From assembly GCA_013265495.1 (NCBI GenBank), contig MU058687.1:558001-622000 (forward strand): a DNA stretch of 64,000 nt, in the 5' to 3' direction. The notes under the pieces were generated by a model that saw only the letters and a list, made by a program, of their open reading frames with translations, did not search any database and was not told the DNA's origin. Each line of letters opens with the position of its first letter. The stretch's first letter is position 1. Position numbers and translations under genes: made by a program. Shown here piece after piece: positions 25,536 through 38,275 of this stretch. This stretch comes from Vicugna vicugna (taxonomy: Eukaryota).

Positions 25536-27264
25536 CGCGAGCAGCCCCCACGGCTCCCAGTGGCTCCTCCCAGGCCCGGCCCTTCGCCGCAGTTCAGACT
25601 TCGCGAGATGGCGAAGACCTCCAGGCGATAGACCTCAGGCCCGCTTCCCTCTGCGGCCCCGACCTCAGAGGGGTGCCAGCACCCTGAACTCCACCGAGGG
25701 CCTCACTCTGCGCCCCTCTGCCCAACCCTCTCCTCTGAAGACCCTCCCGTGCTTTGGCTCCCGTTTTATAAATTAAGACACAGAGGGCACCAGTCATGCC
25801 CAGGGTGGCACAGCTAACGTTGGCAGAACCAGCAGCCCAGTTCTGACCTCCGAGTCCCATGGGTTCTCCCGCAGAGAGTCTCAGGCATCCTCCCTGTAAC
25901 CTTCTACCCAGATGGGGAAACTGAGGCACAGGTCAATGCTAAGTAGGGTATACTGTGTGGGTGGCCCAGTCTGTCAAGGGTAGGCAGGAGGCTAAGGCTG
26001 GGAGGCCAGCCCCTTGACAGATGATCACAGCAGGAGAGCCTATGAGGGACAGAGGGTGCCAGCCTGCTCCCAGGTGGGGGTGGAGGAGATGCTGGTGACT
26101 CTCTCCTGTGGATGGGTGACAGCTGCAGCCTCGGGTGGGAGGCCAGAGGCCCCACACGCTAATAACTTTCACTCACTGCCTGAGGGCTAATCCCATTACT
26201 CTCCTGGACCCTCTGGGACCACCCTCCCTCACCCTCCCTAATCCCCTCCCTCCCTCTGGGAATGGTCCAAGGCCTTACCACGGGCCCCTGCCAACCTGTC
26301 ACATGTAGACCTCACCCACCCCTGCAGGCCCTATCAGCCACCTGTGCCCACCCGAGTTCAATTCCTGTGGAGATCCAACCTTCTCCACCTGCCTTCCCTG
26401 CCAGCCCTGTTTCCTGCTTGCCAATCCCCAAGGCACCTTCCCAAAATGGCCTCCAGCTGGGCTCCAGGTTCCTAAGCAGCCTTGTGTCTTAGATTCTGTT
26501 GCAGGAATTATCAGGGGAGAGCTTGGGTCCACAGGATTTTCCTGTGTAAAATGGAGACAGTAGTGCCCACTTCATGCTGCCGTTCTGATGATACGGTGAG
26601 ATGCTGTATAGCAAGTGTTTAGTGTAGCACCTGGCACAAGGGGAACCTGCAAGGTGTCAGTTGCTGATGTAATTACCATCAGTGGGAAGGATATGTCAAA
26701 TACACAAGGGGAGTAGATGTATTCTGTTACTGGAAGGCAGCTCCATGGCCTAGGGGCAGATGTTAGAGGGAGGTAGGTTTGACTCACAAGGTCCTCACAC
26801 TAGTGACGGGAGCTGCTATGGACATTAGGTGTTGGGTTCTTCCTTTGCGCCGGGTTCTTAAGCCTCAGTGTCTCCTCATGAGGTAGGTACTATCGATACC
26901 CGCATTTTCCAGACTGGAAACTAAGGTTAAGAGACAGCTATGAAGTGGTGGAGCTGGAATCAAACACGGCTCTGACTCCAGAATTCTCTGGGGCATTGTC
27001 TTGCTTCTCAGGATCCACTTCTAACGAGAGCTGATGTCTGAGACTACCAAAAAAGTAGCGGGCTCCCCATTTGCCAGAAGCATTCAGGTGATGTTGAGGG
27101 ACAACCAGTCAGGAACCCTGAGGTCCCGTGACAGGACCCAATCCCCCCAAGATCTCCAGCCACCCATTTCCAGGCCAGGCCAGGTCACTGCTCCCTCCCC
27201 AGCCTGGGCACAGGGTGGGGCCCCTTTTGGCCCTCAGCCTCCCTCTCCTCTACCTTCTGCTGCT

Positions 27265-27445
27265 CCTCATTTACATAAATTATCTCCCCCCAATTATCCA
27301 TCCAGCTGTCCCAACTCTGATCTGTGAATGAATTAAAAACGGAATATAATTTAATAATGGCTGATTAGAAGGAGATTAGTTGTTATATAAAAGCCAAGAG
27401 CCAGCTAGTTGCCCTTAATCTGAGCCAATACCATCGTTATTTGGG
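27265..27445. promoter_or_regulatory. Candidate enhancer or promoter-like AT-rich island (K50 homeodomain sites and a TATA-like element)
   Basis: GATTAG at 27363 and 27374, TTAATC at 27415, several TAAT/ATTA cores and TATATAAAA at 27384, all within GC-rich surroundings. Confidence 0.5.
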
Positions 27446-28330
27446 AAAGGCTACCCTGGCCACCATCAGGCAGGGCAGGCATAGGGATGAGGGTTAGGGG
27501 AGAGCCCAGGTGGGGCCAGACCACCCCAGAGAGAAGATCAGGGTGCTGGGAGCTGGGAATTTGAGTCCCAGGCAGCTCCTTTTACTTCTCTGGCCCTTGC
27601 TCCTTCCAAATGGGCTTGTGCAGTTTCTGGGGTCCCTTCTTGCTCTAAATTTTAGGTGCCCTCAAATAAAACCTCTGGGTTTTCCCACGGCAGCCACTGC
27701 CCAGCCCCTGCTGGCCATAGACCAGGGGTTCAGGAGTCTCGTGCTCAAGCCCTGCCTCCCAGGAACACACAGGAGCTGGGGATGCAGACCTCCCCAGGAG
27801 GGGACCTGCCTGTCTGGGGTACGTAGTCAGAGAAGGGACTGGAGTTGGTTGCACCAGGAAGACTCCATGGAGGAGAGACTGGCTCAGACAAAGAGTGATG
27901 TGAGTGCCTGGCAGGATCCCTGGGCCCCCTTGTCCTTGGCTTAATGACTGGACGTAGCTGGGGGAACATGTCTCCGAGATTCCCATTCATCCTTTCAGTC
28001 TCAGCTCATGTGCCCCTCCCCCAGGAAGTCTTCCCTGATCTCCTCTGCTTTGAGGTCTCCCCAGTGTTTCCATAATGCCTTGTGCTTTCTCCATCAGTGC
28101 CTTTAGCGTATCTACTGATGGGGCATTTGTGTCCCCATTTGTGTGTCCCTCTAGGGTAAGGACCATGGCTTTTCATCTCTACATCACCAGTGCCAAATAC
28201 ACAACTGTTGCTCAGTAACATCACTGAATAAATAAAGATACCTTTTCCAGAAAGCCTCCTGTGATTGCCCTAGTGTGAGTTCTGTGCTCCCAAAACACAC
28301 AGTGATTATACCTTTAAAAATAAGGCTGGT

Positions 28331-28393
28331 CACGACTGGGGCATTGTGCTATACACCAGAAATTGACACATTGTAACTGACTGTATCCTAATA
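28331..28393 (+). mobile_element. Very short L1 3'-terminal fragment abutting a MIR
   Basis: gcattgtgctatacaccagaaattgacacattgtaactgact resembles the end of the L1 at 36670-36690. Confidence 0.6.
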
Positions 28394-28535
28394 ATCTCTC
28401 TGGGCCTCAGTTTCCTCATCTATAAAATGGATGTGTTTAATATCTCCTACCTCATAGGGTTTGTATGAGGATGATATGGCTGAATAGATAAAAGCACTTG
28501 GAACTGTGCCAAGTACACAGTGAGTGCTTAATAAG
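28394..28535 (+). mobile_element. MIR SINE fragment
   Basis: ctctctgggcctcagtttcctcatctataaaatg...ctacctcatagggtttgtatgaggat...aaagcacttggaactgtgcc. Confidence 0.8.
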
Positions 28536-30289
28536 CACTTGTGGGTATACAGTGCTTGTCACACTGGTTTTTTCCCCAGCTGTGGGATCTCTGAGAGTAG
28601 AGGACTGGACTTCTCATCTCTGTTGACGGGCTTGGATGGACAGGGGCCGTCTCAGCAGTCCTGGCGCTGCTTCCACACTGAAGTCCCCAAGGAGGCACAC
28701 GCCGGGCAGGACCAGCACATTTCACCCACTGTTGGTGGAAGGTCTGCTCAGTGTCAGACCCGGAGTCCCAGCCCTTCCCGAAGAGGCTCACAGCTTCATG
28801 GGGCAGCCATGTGCCCATGATCGGAGTCTGAGCCCCGTGGCGCCAGTCTGGACCATGTGTCCTGTGTGGTTGACATCAGAGGATGTCTGCCAGGCCCCCC
28901 AGAGGGAGGAAATGGGGGTGCTGACCAGGGAGGGAAGGCTAATGAGACCTCTGCAGCGGGACTGTGGCGTCTGGGGCCATCAAAGAGTAGACAGCAAAGG
29001 AGCACGGTTTGTAGAGCCTGCCGAAGGCTGGGAACGGATAGGGTGGGCACCGGAAGAGGCTGATTTTCTCAGGACATGAGGAGTTGCAAAGTGTATGCCC
29101 AGTAAGTGTTTTCTGATTGGCTAACTGCGCTGCTCCAGAATTTTTCAGACATTTCCAGTCATGAAAATCTTGATTTCTTAGGTTTGGGGAGGGGCCTGGG
29201 AATCTATATTTGACCAGAACTTAGATAATTCTGGTCAACAGGTGGTTTCCTCCCCTATTCCATCCTCCAGGCCCTGGAGCTGCAGTGCCCTCCGAGAACG
29301 GGGGCTGACCGGAACCTCCCCTTCCCCAGCACCCTCAGACACTCCTCGAGCCCCTACTCCACACACGCCCAGTCTAGCCGCAGCCTCAGTCTCTAGTGGA
29401 GCCCAGAGCATATCTGTCCATATTGCAGCAGGAGGCCTCCCAGGCCAGCCTGGGCTGTGGGATAATTTGATATTCAAATCCTGGCAAAGACCTGCTTCAA
29501 ATTGCTGCAAATTAAGCTGATTTTGTCCCTCCGAATGAGGGATTTGCTCCTGTGGATCAACCCTTCCCAGGACTTGATGAGGTCAGGATTAGAGCCGCAG
29601 GGCTGGGGAGAAAAGCCCGAGGCGGGAGGCTGGAGGGCTGGAGAGTTGATGGGAGGGGGAGCCCAGCCCCTGAGTGTCTCTCCCGAACCCCAGAGTTAGG
29701 GAAGTTTCCCAGGGTCTCAAAAGTCAGCTCTTCCTAGTGATTTGGGTCTTCTGGGCCCCTGATGAGCAGACCTCACCCCCCAGGCCCTCAGGATAGCCCA
29801 GCTCTGTACATTCCCGAAGGTGTTTCTGGACTGCATCTCATCTTTCCAAGCTCCTGTGAGCCAGAGCCCAACTGATCGCCCCATTTCACTGATGAGGAAA
29901 CGGAGGCTCCTAGAGGTAAGATGAGGCTCCGCTGGGCAAAGGCAACCTGGACTCAACCTCTACCATCATCTTGCTGTGTGACCTTGAGCAAGGGGCCTCT
30001 CTGAACCTCCTCTTAAGAATTACTGACAATGTGCGCGCAGCACGAGGCACACAGCAAGCCCTCCACCAAGCATCGCGAGGCTGCTCCCCACATAGTGAGC
30101 ACTGCCCGAGGCCCCGAAGCTGGGAAGTGGCAGAATGAGGACTGGGACCTGGGTCTTTCTGGGCCTCAGGCAGAGTCATTCCCTGCCTCCTCCAGCTCTC
30201 TGCCAGCTCCTGACTCTACCCCTCCTGACAGACTCCCCTCCCTGGCAGAACCTCATTTCCATCTGTTTTATCAAGACCTGTACTGTGTA

Positions 30290-30810
30290 CTGCAGCCATT
30301 TCGAATTGCACCATTAAAGATTTTATGCTGGAGAAGTTAAAATTAAAAAGATCTATGTGCAAAGAGTCACAACGAATTTAATCAACTTGATTTAATAGAA
30401 AACAGCAAATGGAATTTATGATGCTCCAAAAGACAAGGGAATTTTTTTTTCAACAAAAAAATAATAAAAAGCACTTTGTGGAAAACAGAAAGTGGAGTGG
30501 GGGGGGCTCCCCATCTGAGAGTTTATCAGAACCTAATCCGTGGCGAACAAACCCAGTCAGGGCTGTTTGCCTGCTAATCCCAGCTGCCATTAAAATATTA
30601 AAGATAAATCTAATCGTCTCTTTATCCAAAATAAGCGACTTTTGTGTGGGGAGAAAACATCTAACCCTTTGGGAGGAGAATTAGTCCTAATGCATCAAAT
30701 GGAATTCGGTCCAGGCTGGGGCGAAATAGGGTTTAGAGGCAAATGAGATGGTAATAGAAATAAAACCCAGAATAACAAATTAAAAACCCTCATTTACACG
30801 AATTAAAAGG
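30290..30810. promoter_or_regulatory. Probable ortholog of the Vsx2/Chx10 bipolar-cell enhancer (core about 30530-30706)
   Basis: OTX2/CRX-type TAATCC at 30534 and 30575, TAATCG at 30611, TAACCC at 30662, plus AATTAG and TAATGC. The core closely resembles my recollection of the mouse 164-bp Chx10 bipolar element. Confidence 0.7.
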
Positions 30811-32398
30811 GCTCACAAAAGGGCTGGAAGCCCAGGCCTCCCCTCCTCATCCCCTAGGCCCACTTCCCCCTCCCCTGGTCTCACCCGCCTGGTCACCTAC
30901 CCGCAGGCCCCGAGGAGAGGAGCCAGGGCCTGACCGCACCCTCTCAACTTGTGCTGTGAGACTCCCCAGCTTTCCCCTTCCAACCCAAGCCCAGCTGGTT
31001 TCCTGAAGGCTCTGACTGAGCCTTTAGACATCTTTCCACACCCCTGGGGTGTGCTCTGGGGTTAGACAGAACTGGGCTCCTGTCCCAGGACCGTCCCTCA
31101 CTATGTGAGGTCTTGGTTTAATTTCTTAAACTCCCCAGGCCCCAGTTCACTTCGCAGAAAAATAATCCTAGTCCCCATCTTTACGCAGCCCCTCTCCACG
31201 GCCTTGACCTCATTGCTGCCCCTGCCCTAGCTACTGCTGCATTCAACAAGATGACATCAGGACAGCCCCCAGCTCTGTCCTGACCCCTGGTGACCACTCA
31301 ATAGTAAACGGTTGTCAAGCTCCACCTCAAGGCTGCACAGGCAGCTTGGCCAGAATGGGCTCTGGGGAGGTCAGGCCAGCACCCCCAAAAGGAGGGAAAG
31401 CTCAGCAGCAGGTCAGCCTGGAAGGCTGGGGGCTGCCAGCAGCCATTCTGAGTACCTCCGAGGGGTCGCCCCTGAGTTGTGACTTGAGAGGGCTGAGGCC
31501 ACTTCAGATCTTCAAGCTTCTCACTAATTAGCTCTCTGTCCCTTAAGGTTGCCCCAGGGTTGGCCTGTGGCTCCTCCTTCATGGTAAGATTTCAGGGGTT
31601 CTGACACATACCTCCCCCGACCCAGAAACTCCCCCATCTTTGGGTCCAGGTCTGAATCCTTCATGTTAAAATCACATTCTGCCTTAGTGGCAGAATGCTT
31701 ATCAAAGGAGACACACTCCCCTCCAGGGATTTGGCGGGCCCCTCCGTGAGCCATCACGAGTTGACGGGCACAGACAAGTATGACAACCCCTCCTCCTGAG
31801 AGCCTGTTTGGACTGCAAAGAGAGGGCAAGGAGGGGGCTCTCATGCCTGAAGCACCCCTACACACACGTAGGAGGGCCGGAATCCACCTCTGACCTCCCC
31901 AGCCTTCTTAACAAATCCCCTTGAACAGGAAACTCATGTTGACAGCACTTTATTATGGGATATTAAGTGGAATTGGATTGTGGGGTTAAACCTTTCCCTG
32001 GCTGACTTGCTGTGTCCTGTTGGCTTCCTCCCCCTGTGCCCAGGGAGGGAGGCGGATCTCTCCTCCTTCCGACTTACCTCCCCTGACACTCACCCATGGA
32101 CTCTACCAAGTGGTGATTCTACTAAGAGGAAATTGGGATGGGCTGGCCATGTAGGAGTGGGTGACCTTCTTCCCAGATTGACTGAAGGGAAATAGGAGGA
32201 GGTGCTGGGTGGGATAGGTTTTTCCAGATATGCGTCCTAAGCCTGAGGTTTGATGGGCAAGTGTTGAGAGAAGAGGTCACAGGTAAAGGAGTTGGGGAGT
32301 CCATTGCTGGAAGCTGTCTTAGCACATGAGGAAGGGGGTGGGTTAGCAAACAGCACCATTACACAGAGTGGTTGTAAGGATTAGAAGTAAATATAGAA

Positions 32399-32510
32399 GG
32401 GAGGGTATAGCTCAGTGGTTAGAGTACATGCTTAGCATGCATGAGGTCCTGGGTTCAATCCCCAGTATCTCCATTAAAATAACTAATTAAATAAATAAAC
32501 CTAATTACCT
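32399..32510 (+). mobile_element. tRNA-Ala-derived SINE (camelid vic-1-like)
   Basis: gggagggtatagctcagtggttagagtacatgcttagcatgcatgaggtcctgggttcaatccccagtatctcca followed by the tail aaataaataaacctaattacct. Confidence 0.9.
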
Positions 32511-32514
32511 TTGG

Positions 32515-32868
32515 TGCCAGATGTCTGGCCAGATAGTATACATGTTTGTCCACAATTCTTCCTTCCCTCTCCCTGGTAGGGGGAGTTTATTGCTCCACTC
32601 CATTGCCTTTGGTCTTGGCTATGTGACTAGCTTCCGCCAATGGGATGTGAGCAGATATGACCCAAGCAGAGCCTTTAAGTGGGTTTGTGTGGTTTGGCTG
32701 CCTCTGCTCATCCCAACCTCTGCTGGAAGAGCACACTGTGGTAGCCAAGGTCCCAAAATGAGATTTATGAAGCAGATCTGGAACAAACCCATGGTGGTTC
32801 CTGGGCCCTGGGACCCAGAGCAAGAGGTAAGCCATCTGAGATGTGGAGGTGGATGCTATGCCTTACTT
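32515..32868 (+). mobile_element. MaLR (MLT1-like) LTR fragment
   Basis: cttggctatgtgactagcttccgccaatgggatgtgagcagatatgac...taagccatctgagatgtggaggt. Confidence 0.6.
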
Positions 32869-33490
32869 GTAGAAGCTATGGAGTTGCCTTGCTTGAATGT
32901 TCCTTCAAGAAAGAACTTGCTGTTCAGATGCAAGAGTGCAGTTAGCAGAGGGCCTCCAGCTGCACCTTCTTCAAGATCCACTGCAGTGTTATTTGGTTTC
33001 CCCCCAACCCCGTCTTATTGACACATAACATTGTGTACGTTTAAGGTGTATAGCATGTTGATTTGATACATTTATAAACTGGAAAATGATTGCCACCACA
33101 GTATTAGCTACCACCTCCATTCCATCACACAGTTACCACTTCTTTTTTATGATGAGATTATTTAAGATCTACTCTCTTAATAACGTTCAATTATATGATC
33201 CAGAATTACTAGTTATAATCACTTGCCACAGTGTTTGGACATGGTGGAGTACTAGGGCCTGGCCATTTCTGCTCAACTCAAGGCTGCTTTAATGTGCAAT
33301 CTCTGCTCCAGGGCTCCCTGTTAGATTGACTGAGGCTTGGTGAGGTCTACATTGTGGTTTGAGGCTCTCCCTGTCCAATCCTGCTCCCTCTCATTTTTAC
33401 CTTTCACAGGTGTTATCCCCCTCCAATAAACCACTTGCATTCCTAATCCTGTCTCAGCACCTGCTCCCTTAGAGTACTTGAACTGACACA
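32868..33490 (+). mobile_element. ERVL (LTR16-like) LTR interrupted by an antisense L1 fragment (about 33005-33222)
   Basis: LTR end text ctccaataaaccacttgcattcctaatcctgtctcagcacctgctcc...ctgacaca, with internal antisense L1 3'UTR text (aaggtgtatagcatgttgatttgatacat...tttaagatctactctctta). Confidence 0.6.
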
Positions 33491-34459
33491 GTCTTATTGC
33501 CACAAAACCTAATGCACTTGGGTTCAAATACTGAGTACACAACTCACTAGTGGCCTGACTGTAATCACACTATGACTCAGTTTTCTCATCTGTAAAAAGA
33601 AGATAACAGAAACACCCATATCAAAGTTTTTTTGTGAGTACTAAATAGGATAACCCATGTACAGTGCTGAGCACTCGATAAATGTTAACTGAGATTGCCA
33701 GAGGTAGTTGTAAATCTCAATGAATAAATGCTAGCTATATATGAATGATATATGGTAAAATATCAAGTCAACAGATATAAATCTAGGATGGATCTTAAAA
33801 GACTGAAGAGTGAGAAAGGTGGGCAGATGAGTTGCAATTGTGGACAAGGATAAAGTAGAGAAAATAACGAAAGCTTGCAAATGAGATGGTCGATATATTC
33901 TGAGCCATCATTTGTAACCAGAAAAAAAGCTGACCAGACTTCCATATGATCCTTCACCATCGTCTAAACACTTTCTTGCATATTTTCCTCTGAGAGCTCT
34001 CCAAGAAAGCCAAGGCAGGCATCACCATCTCCATTTTACAGGTAAAAACCTGAGGCACAGAGAAGCTAAAAGACTCACTCTGCAGCACACAAGGAGTTAC
34101 TGGAGGCAGAGGTAGAACCATGGTTGCAGCGCTCCCTCGGCAGAGAATACAGGGCATCATGGAAAAGCACCAGAACAAAAAAAACTAAGGGGCTTCCCTG
34201 CAGCGAAGTCAAGTAAGTGGTACCTAAACCACTACAAATGCTATTCTAGTGGAGACCACTCAAGACAAGGCAGGAGATCCTCTAGACAGCACGGAAAAGA
34301 AGAGGCTCAAGTGAGTACCAAAGACTATGAGGTTGGCGTGGAGAGGCAGAGCCAAGAGAGCTTTCTAGCTGTCGGGACCTGGGATAAGCCTGATCTCTAC
34401 TGTGATGGCAAGCCCGTCAACTTTCCCCCAGGTCAAACCATTTGACTTCAAATGCTTCT

Positions 34460-35695
34460 CCATGGTATCAGTGAAGAATCGCTTATGGCTTCTGATAACA
34501 GGACCAGAGGCCAGTGGTTTAGACACTGGTAGAAGACAGAAATTTATTTCTTTGCGTGTTTAAAAAAAAAAGAAGAAAAGAAAAAGCTCATTGAGGCAGT
34601 CCAGGGCGGATACGGTAGCTCCTGGGTCTTCAGGTACCCAGTCACCTATTTTTCACTCCACTTACCTAATGTTGGCTTCCATCCTCAAGGTCACCTCATA
34701 GCCTAAAACAGCTGCTGAAGCATTAGCCATCAAGTCTGTGTTCTAGACGGAAGCTGGAGGACAGGCAAAAAGAATGTGTGCTAAATGTCTTAAGATATGT
34801 GCTCATGTTTCATTGGCTAGAACTTTATCAAATGAACATTTTTTGTTGAAAAAGAGGTTGGGAAATGAAGTCTTTTATCTATGGATATCACACTCTGAAT
34901 AAAATTAGGTTCTGATACTAAGGCAGAAGGAGAGAACAGAAATTGAGTGGGCAACCATCAGTCTCAGCTACACCTATAGACTTAAGTTTTATGATGAGAT
35001 CTCTCTCCAAGCTGCCCTCTTTATAACCTCATATTAATCATAGCTCACATTTGGCCCAAATTAGTTTATTAAGGGAAAATAAGATTCCCAGTTTGGATTG
35101 TGTTGGGGAGTGGAGCTAAGTACAATACCCACAATTTTAATAGTTTGCTTTATGCGTTATAAACAGCTCTGTCTGATTTGACCCAAAAAAGAATTTACTG
35201 GAACAATATTGAGTAGCTCAAAGACTCTCCAGGAGGTTTGGAGACTAGAATCAATGCCCAAAAGCTTGTCACAGTTCTGATCTGGTGAAGAAGCCACTGC
35301 AGTCACTGTCCTCTCTACTGGATCCTAGGTGCTGGAGCTCCCTCCGCTGCCACCACCAACACTGGGCAAGGAATTCTGCTGCTAACCTGTCACCCTGCGA
35401 CTTGGGTCTTGCTGCAACCACACTGCTACTATAGGAGGTTCTCTCAGTTTTTCTTCTTTTGTCACGAGTTCCTGATTCAAAGTCCAGGGTGTTTGCTTCT
35501 GACTGGTAGAGCCCAGGTCACATGGCCATGTTCTAGCTGTAAGGGAAGCTGGGAAAGCAGGTGTCTAGCATCTCCAGTTTCCCTGTGGAACTGGGGCTCT
35601 GTCTGCTGCTAAGACTCATAATTTGGAGAATTATCCCAAATAGAAATCAGATTCAGATGTTGGACAGCCCACAAAATGATAAATGTCTGTTATAG
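34460..35695. mobile_element. Two decayed MaLR (MLT1-like) LTR remnants
   Basis: tggcttccatcctcaaggtcacctcatagcctaaaacagctgct, tttcattggctagaact and ggtcacatggccatgttctagctgtaagggaagctgggaaagc; boundaries approximate. Confidence 0.5.
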
Positions 35696-35774
35696 GACTT
35701 TGTAGATGTTTCATGTGAACCTCACAACAACTCATTTATGCATGATAAAACTGCAGCTCAGAGAAGTGAAGTAA

Positions 35775-36700
35775 ATTCAGAATGGCTGTTATTAAAAAGT
35801 CCACGAACGATAATGGTTAAAGAGGGTATGGAGAAAAGGGAACTCTCCTGCACTGTTGATGGGAATGCAGTTTGGTGCAGCCGTTATGGAAAACAGTATG
35901 GAGATTCCTCAAAAAACTGCAAATAGACTTATCATATGATCCAGCAATCCCACTTCCGTGCATATATCTGGAGGGAACTCTAATTTGAAAAGACAGAGGG
36001 GAATAGTTGAAGTGGTAGAGTACATGCTTAGCATGTGTGAGGCCCTGGGTTCAATCCCCAGTACCTCCCTCAAAAAAAGAATTAAATAAATAAACCTAAT
36101 TACCTCCAACCAACTGCACGCCAAAACTAAATTAATCAAAAAGATACATGCACCGCAGTGTTCACAGCAGCACTATAGACAATAACCAAGACATGGCTAT
36201 AACCTAAATGTCCATTTACAGATGACTAGATAAAGAAACTATAGTATACTTATGCAATGGAATACTACTCAGCCATAAAAAAGAATAAAATAATGCCATT
36301 TGCAGCAACATGGATGGACCTGGAGATCATCATTCTAAATAAAGTGAGCCAGAAAGAGAAAGAAAAACACCATATGATATCACTCATATGTGGAATCTAT
36401 AAAAAGAAAAAAGAAGACGACACTAATGAACTTATTTACAAAGCAGAAACAGACTTACATAGTAAACAATCTTTTGGTTATGAGTGGGGAAAGGGGATGG
36501 TGGGAAGGGATAAACTAAGAGTTCGAGATTTGTGTATAGTAGTTAGTACATATAAAATAAACAGCAAGTTTCTTCTGTATAGCACAGGGAACTATATTCA
36601 ATATCTTGCAGTAACCTATAATAAAAAAGAATATGAAAACAAATAGATGTATGTATATGTATGACTGAAACATTATGCTGTACACCAGAAATAATCGATA
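35775..36700 (+). mobile_element. LINE-1 3' fragment (ORF2 C-terminus and 3'UTR), artiodactyl/camelid type
   Basis: ORF 36257-36646 begins MEYYSAIKKNKIMPFAATWMDLEIIILNKVSQKEKEKHHMISLICGI, characteristic L1 ORF2-end text. It is followed by gtatagcacagggaactatattcaatatcttg. Confidence 0.92.
35996..36132 (+). mobile_element. tRNA-Ala-derived SINE nested in L1
   Basis: agtggtagagtacatgcttagcatgtgtgaggccctgggttcaatccccagtacctcc plus the taaataaataaacctaattacctcc tail; the L1 resumes at aaaagatacatgcacc. Confidence 0.85.
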
Positions 36701-38099
36701 CACCTGGAACTCCTACCTGGAGACAAGGTCTTCTACAAGGCTAGCTCTAAGGCAGTGAGTGCCAAGAGTCTATCTATTCCTTCTTTCCCACTCCCTGGGG
36801 CATTCCAAGAAAGCTCCAAAGGGTATAGACTATTCCTCGGAGAATTAGGAGAAGGAAATCGGTCCAGATGTTTGAGATAAGATGCTGTTGGTAGCCCAAG
36901 GTTCTGGGGATTCACAAGCCTTAACCTCTGTAGCCCTTCTCAGCCCCTTCTGGTGTCCCTTCCTTTCCTCTCCAGTGTTCTCGGCGGGGCAGGATGGCAG
37001 CTCAAGCATTGCTGGGGCATCATTTGCCTCCCTATCCTCAAGTTCCCTTCCTCTGCTTGAGGCTCTCATTCCATCTTCAAGAAAACAAGAATGCAGTGTG
37101 TTTGGAATCTGAGTGGCTCTTGGCAGCAGCATGTTCCTGGGCAGGTCAACTAGCCTCTCTGAGGTTGCTTCCTCATTTGAAAATGAGACACAATTTTCAG
37201 GATAGTTGGAAGGGTTCACTGAGACAGTGTGAAAAAATCCAGACTCATTAATAAATGTTCATTGTATATAAGTTAAATGTGAGTCAGAATCACTCTTGTT
37301 TTTCTACTAGCATCAGCCCCTTACTGAACAGAGGGAATGGGATATCTGGTCCAACATCTGACGACAGGAGGATAAAGGTTCTGGAGCTCTGGGACTCCAT
37401 CAGAACACTCTCTCAGGACAACTGTCCAGCACAACAGAAGACAAGGTTCACTCTCAAGGGGTAAGCCCAAAATACACAAGAGCATTAGAAAAAGTGAGAC
37501 ACATTCATGGGTGACAGATTCATAATGGGATTATTGATTCAAACACAGATCCTTTCTCTTCCTTGCATTTTCCATCCTCCTCCCTCCAAAAATTGTTGCT
37601 GATGGCTGGGTAGTGACTCAGGGAAGCAGCTAGCAAAGGACAATGACTTGGCTGCACCTGGAGCTAAAAATGACCAGCACCAGGGCAAAGGAGGGAGATG
37701 GCATCATCCCTCATCCCTAATCTCCCTCCCTGAGCCTTAGTATCTTATTTGTAACAAAGGGGACAGAACTGGAGAAGCTGGGTGGATTAAATGCCATAAG
37801 GGGCCTGGTACCCATTAATAATAGTAGTAAGAACCATGATGTATTGAGTCCCCAGAGCCAGACACCAGGCTAAGTGCTTTAAAAATAGCAGCTCCTTCAA
37901 TTGCTGGCCCAAATTCCATGAAGGCCAGGACTAAGTCTGTCTTTTTCCCCACCATATTGTCTGTCTCAAGTATAGTATCCTCCCGCGTGATGACAGTAAT
38001 AACCAACACTCACAGGAACCTTATCTGTAGCCTTATTTTGTAAACTCATGGTATAGACTTATTCACCATTTTCAGCACCATGCATTTCTAATCTTTATG

Positions 38100-38275
38100 C
38101 CAATTGTAAGGGATAGGTACTACCATTATCCCCATTTTATGGATGAAGAAACTGAGGGATGGAAAGCAGAGAAAAGCTAGGCAACTTTACCAAGGTCAAC
38201 AAGCAAGTGATATAGAGCAGGAATCTTAACCTAGGAAGTCTGGTTCTAGAGCCCATGCCCTTGACCCCTGTGCTA
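38100..38275 (-). mobile_element. MIR SINE
   Basis: ggtactaccattatccccattttatggatgaagaaactgagg...caaggtca...gagcaggaatcttaacctagg. Confidence 0.75.

Noticed and set aside
36257..36646. 129-aa ORF as a host gene
   Set aside because: It is LINE-1 ORF2-end and 3'UTR sequence.
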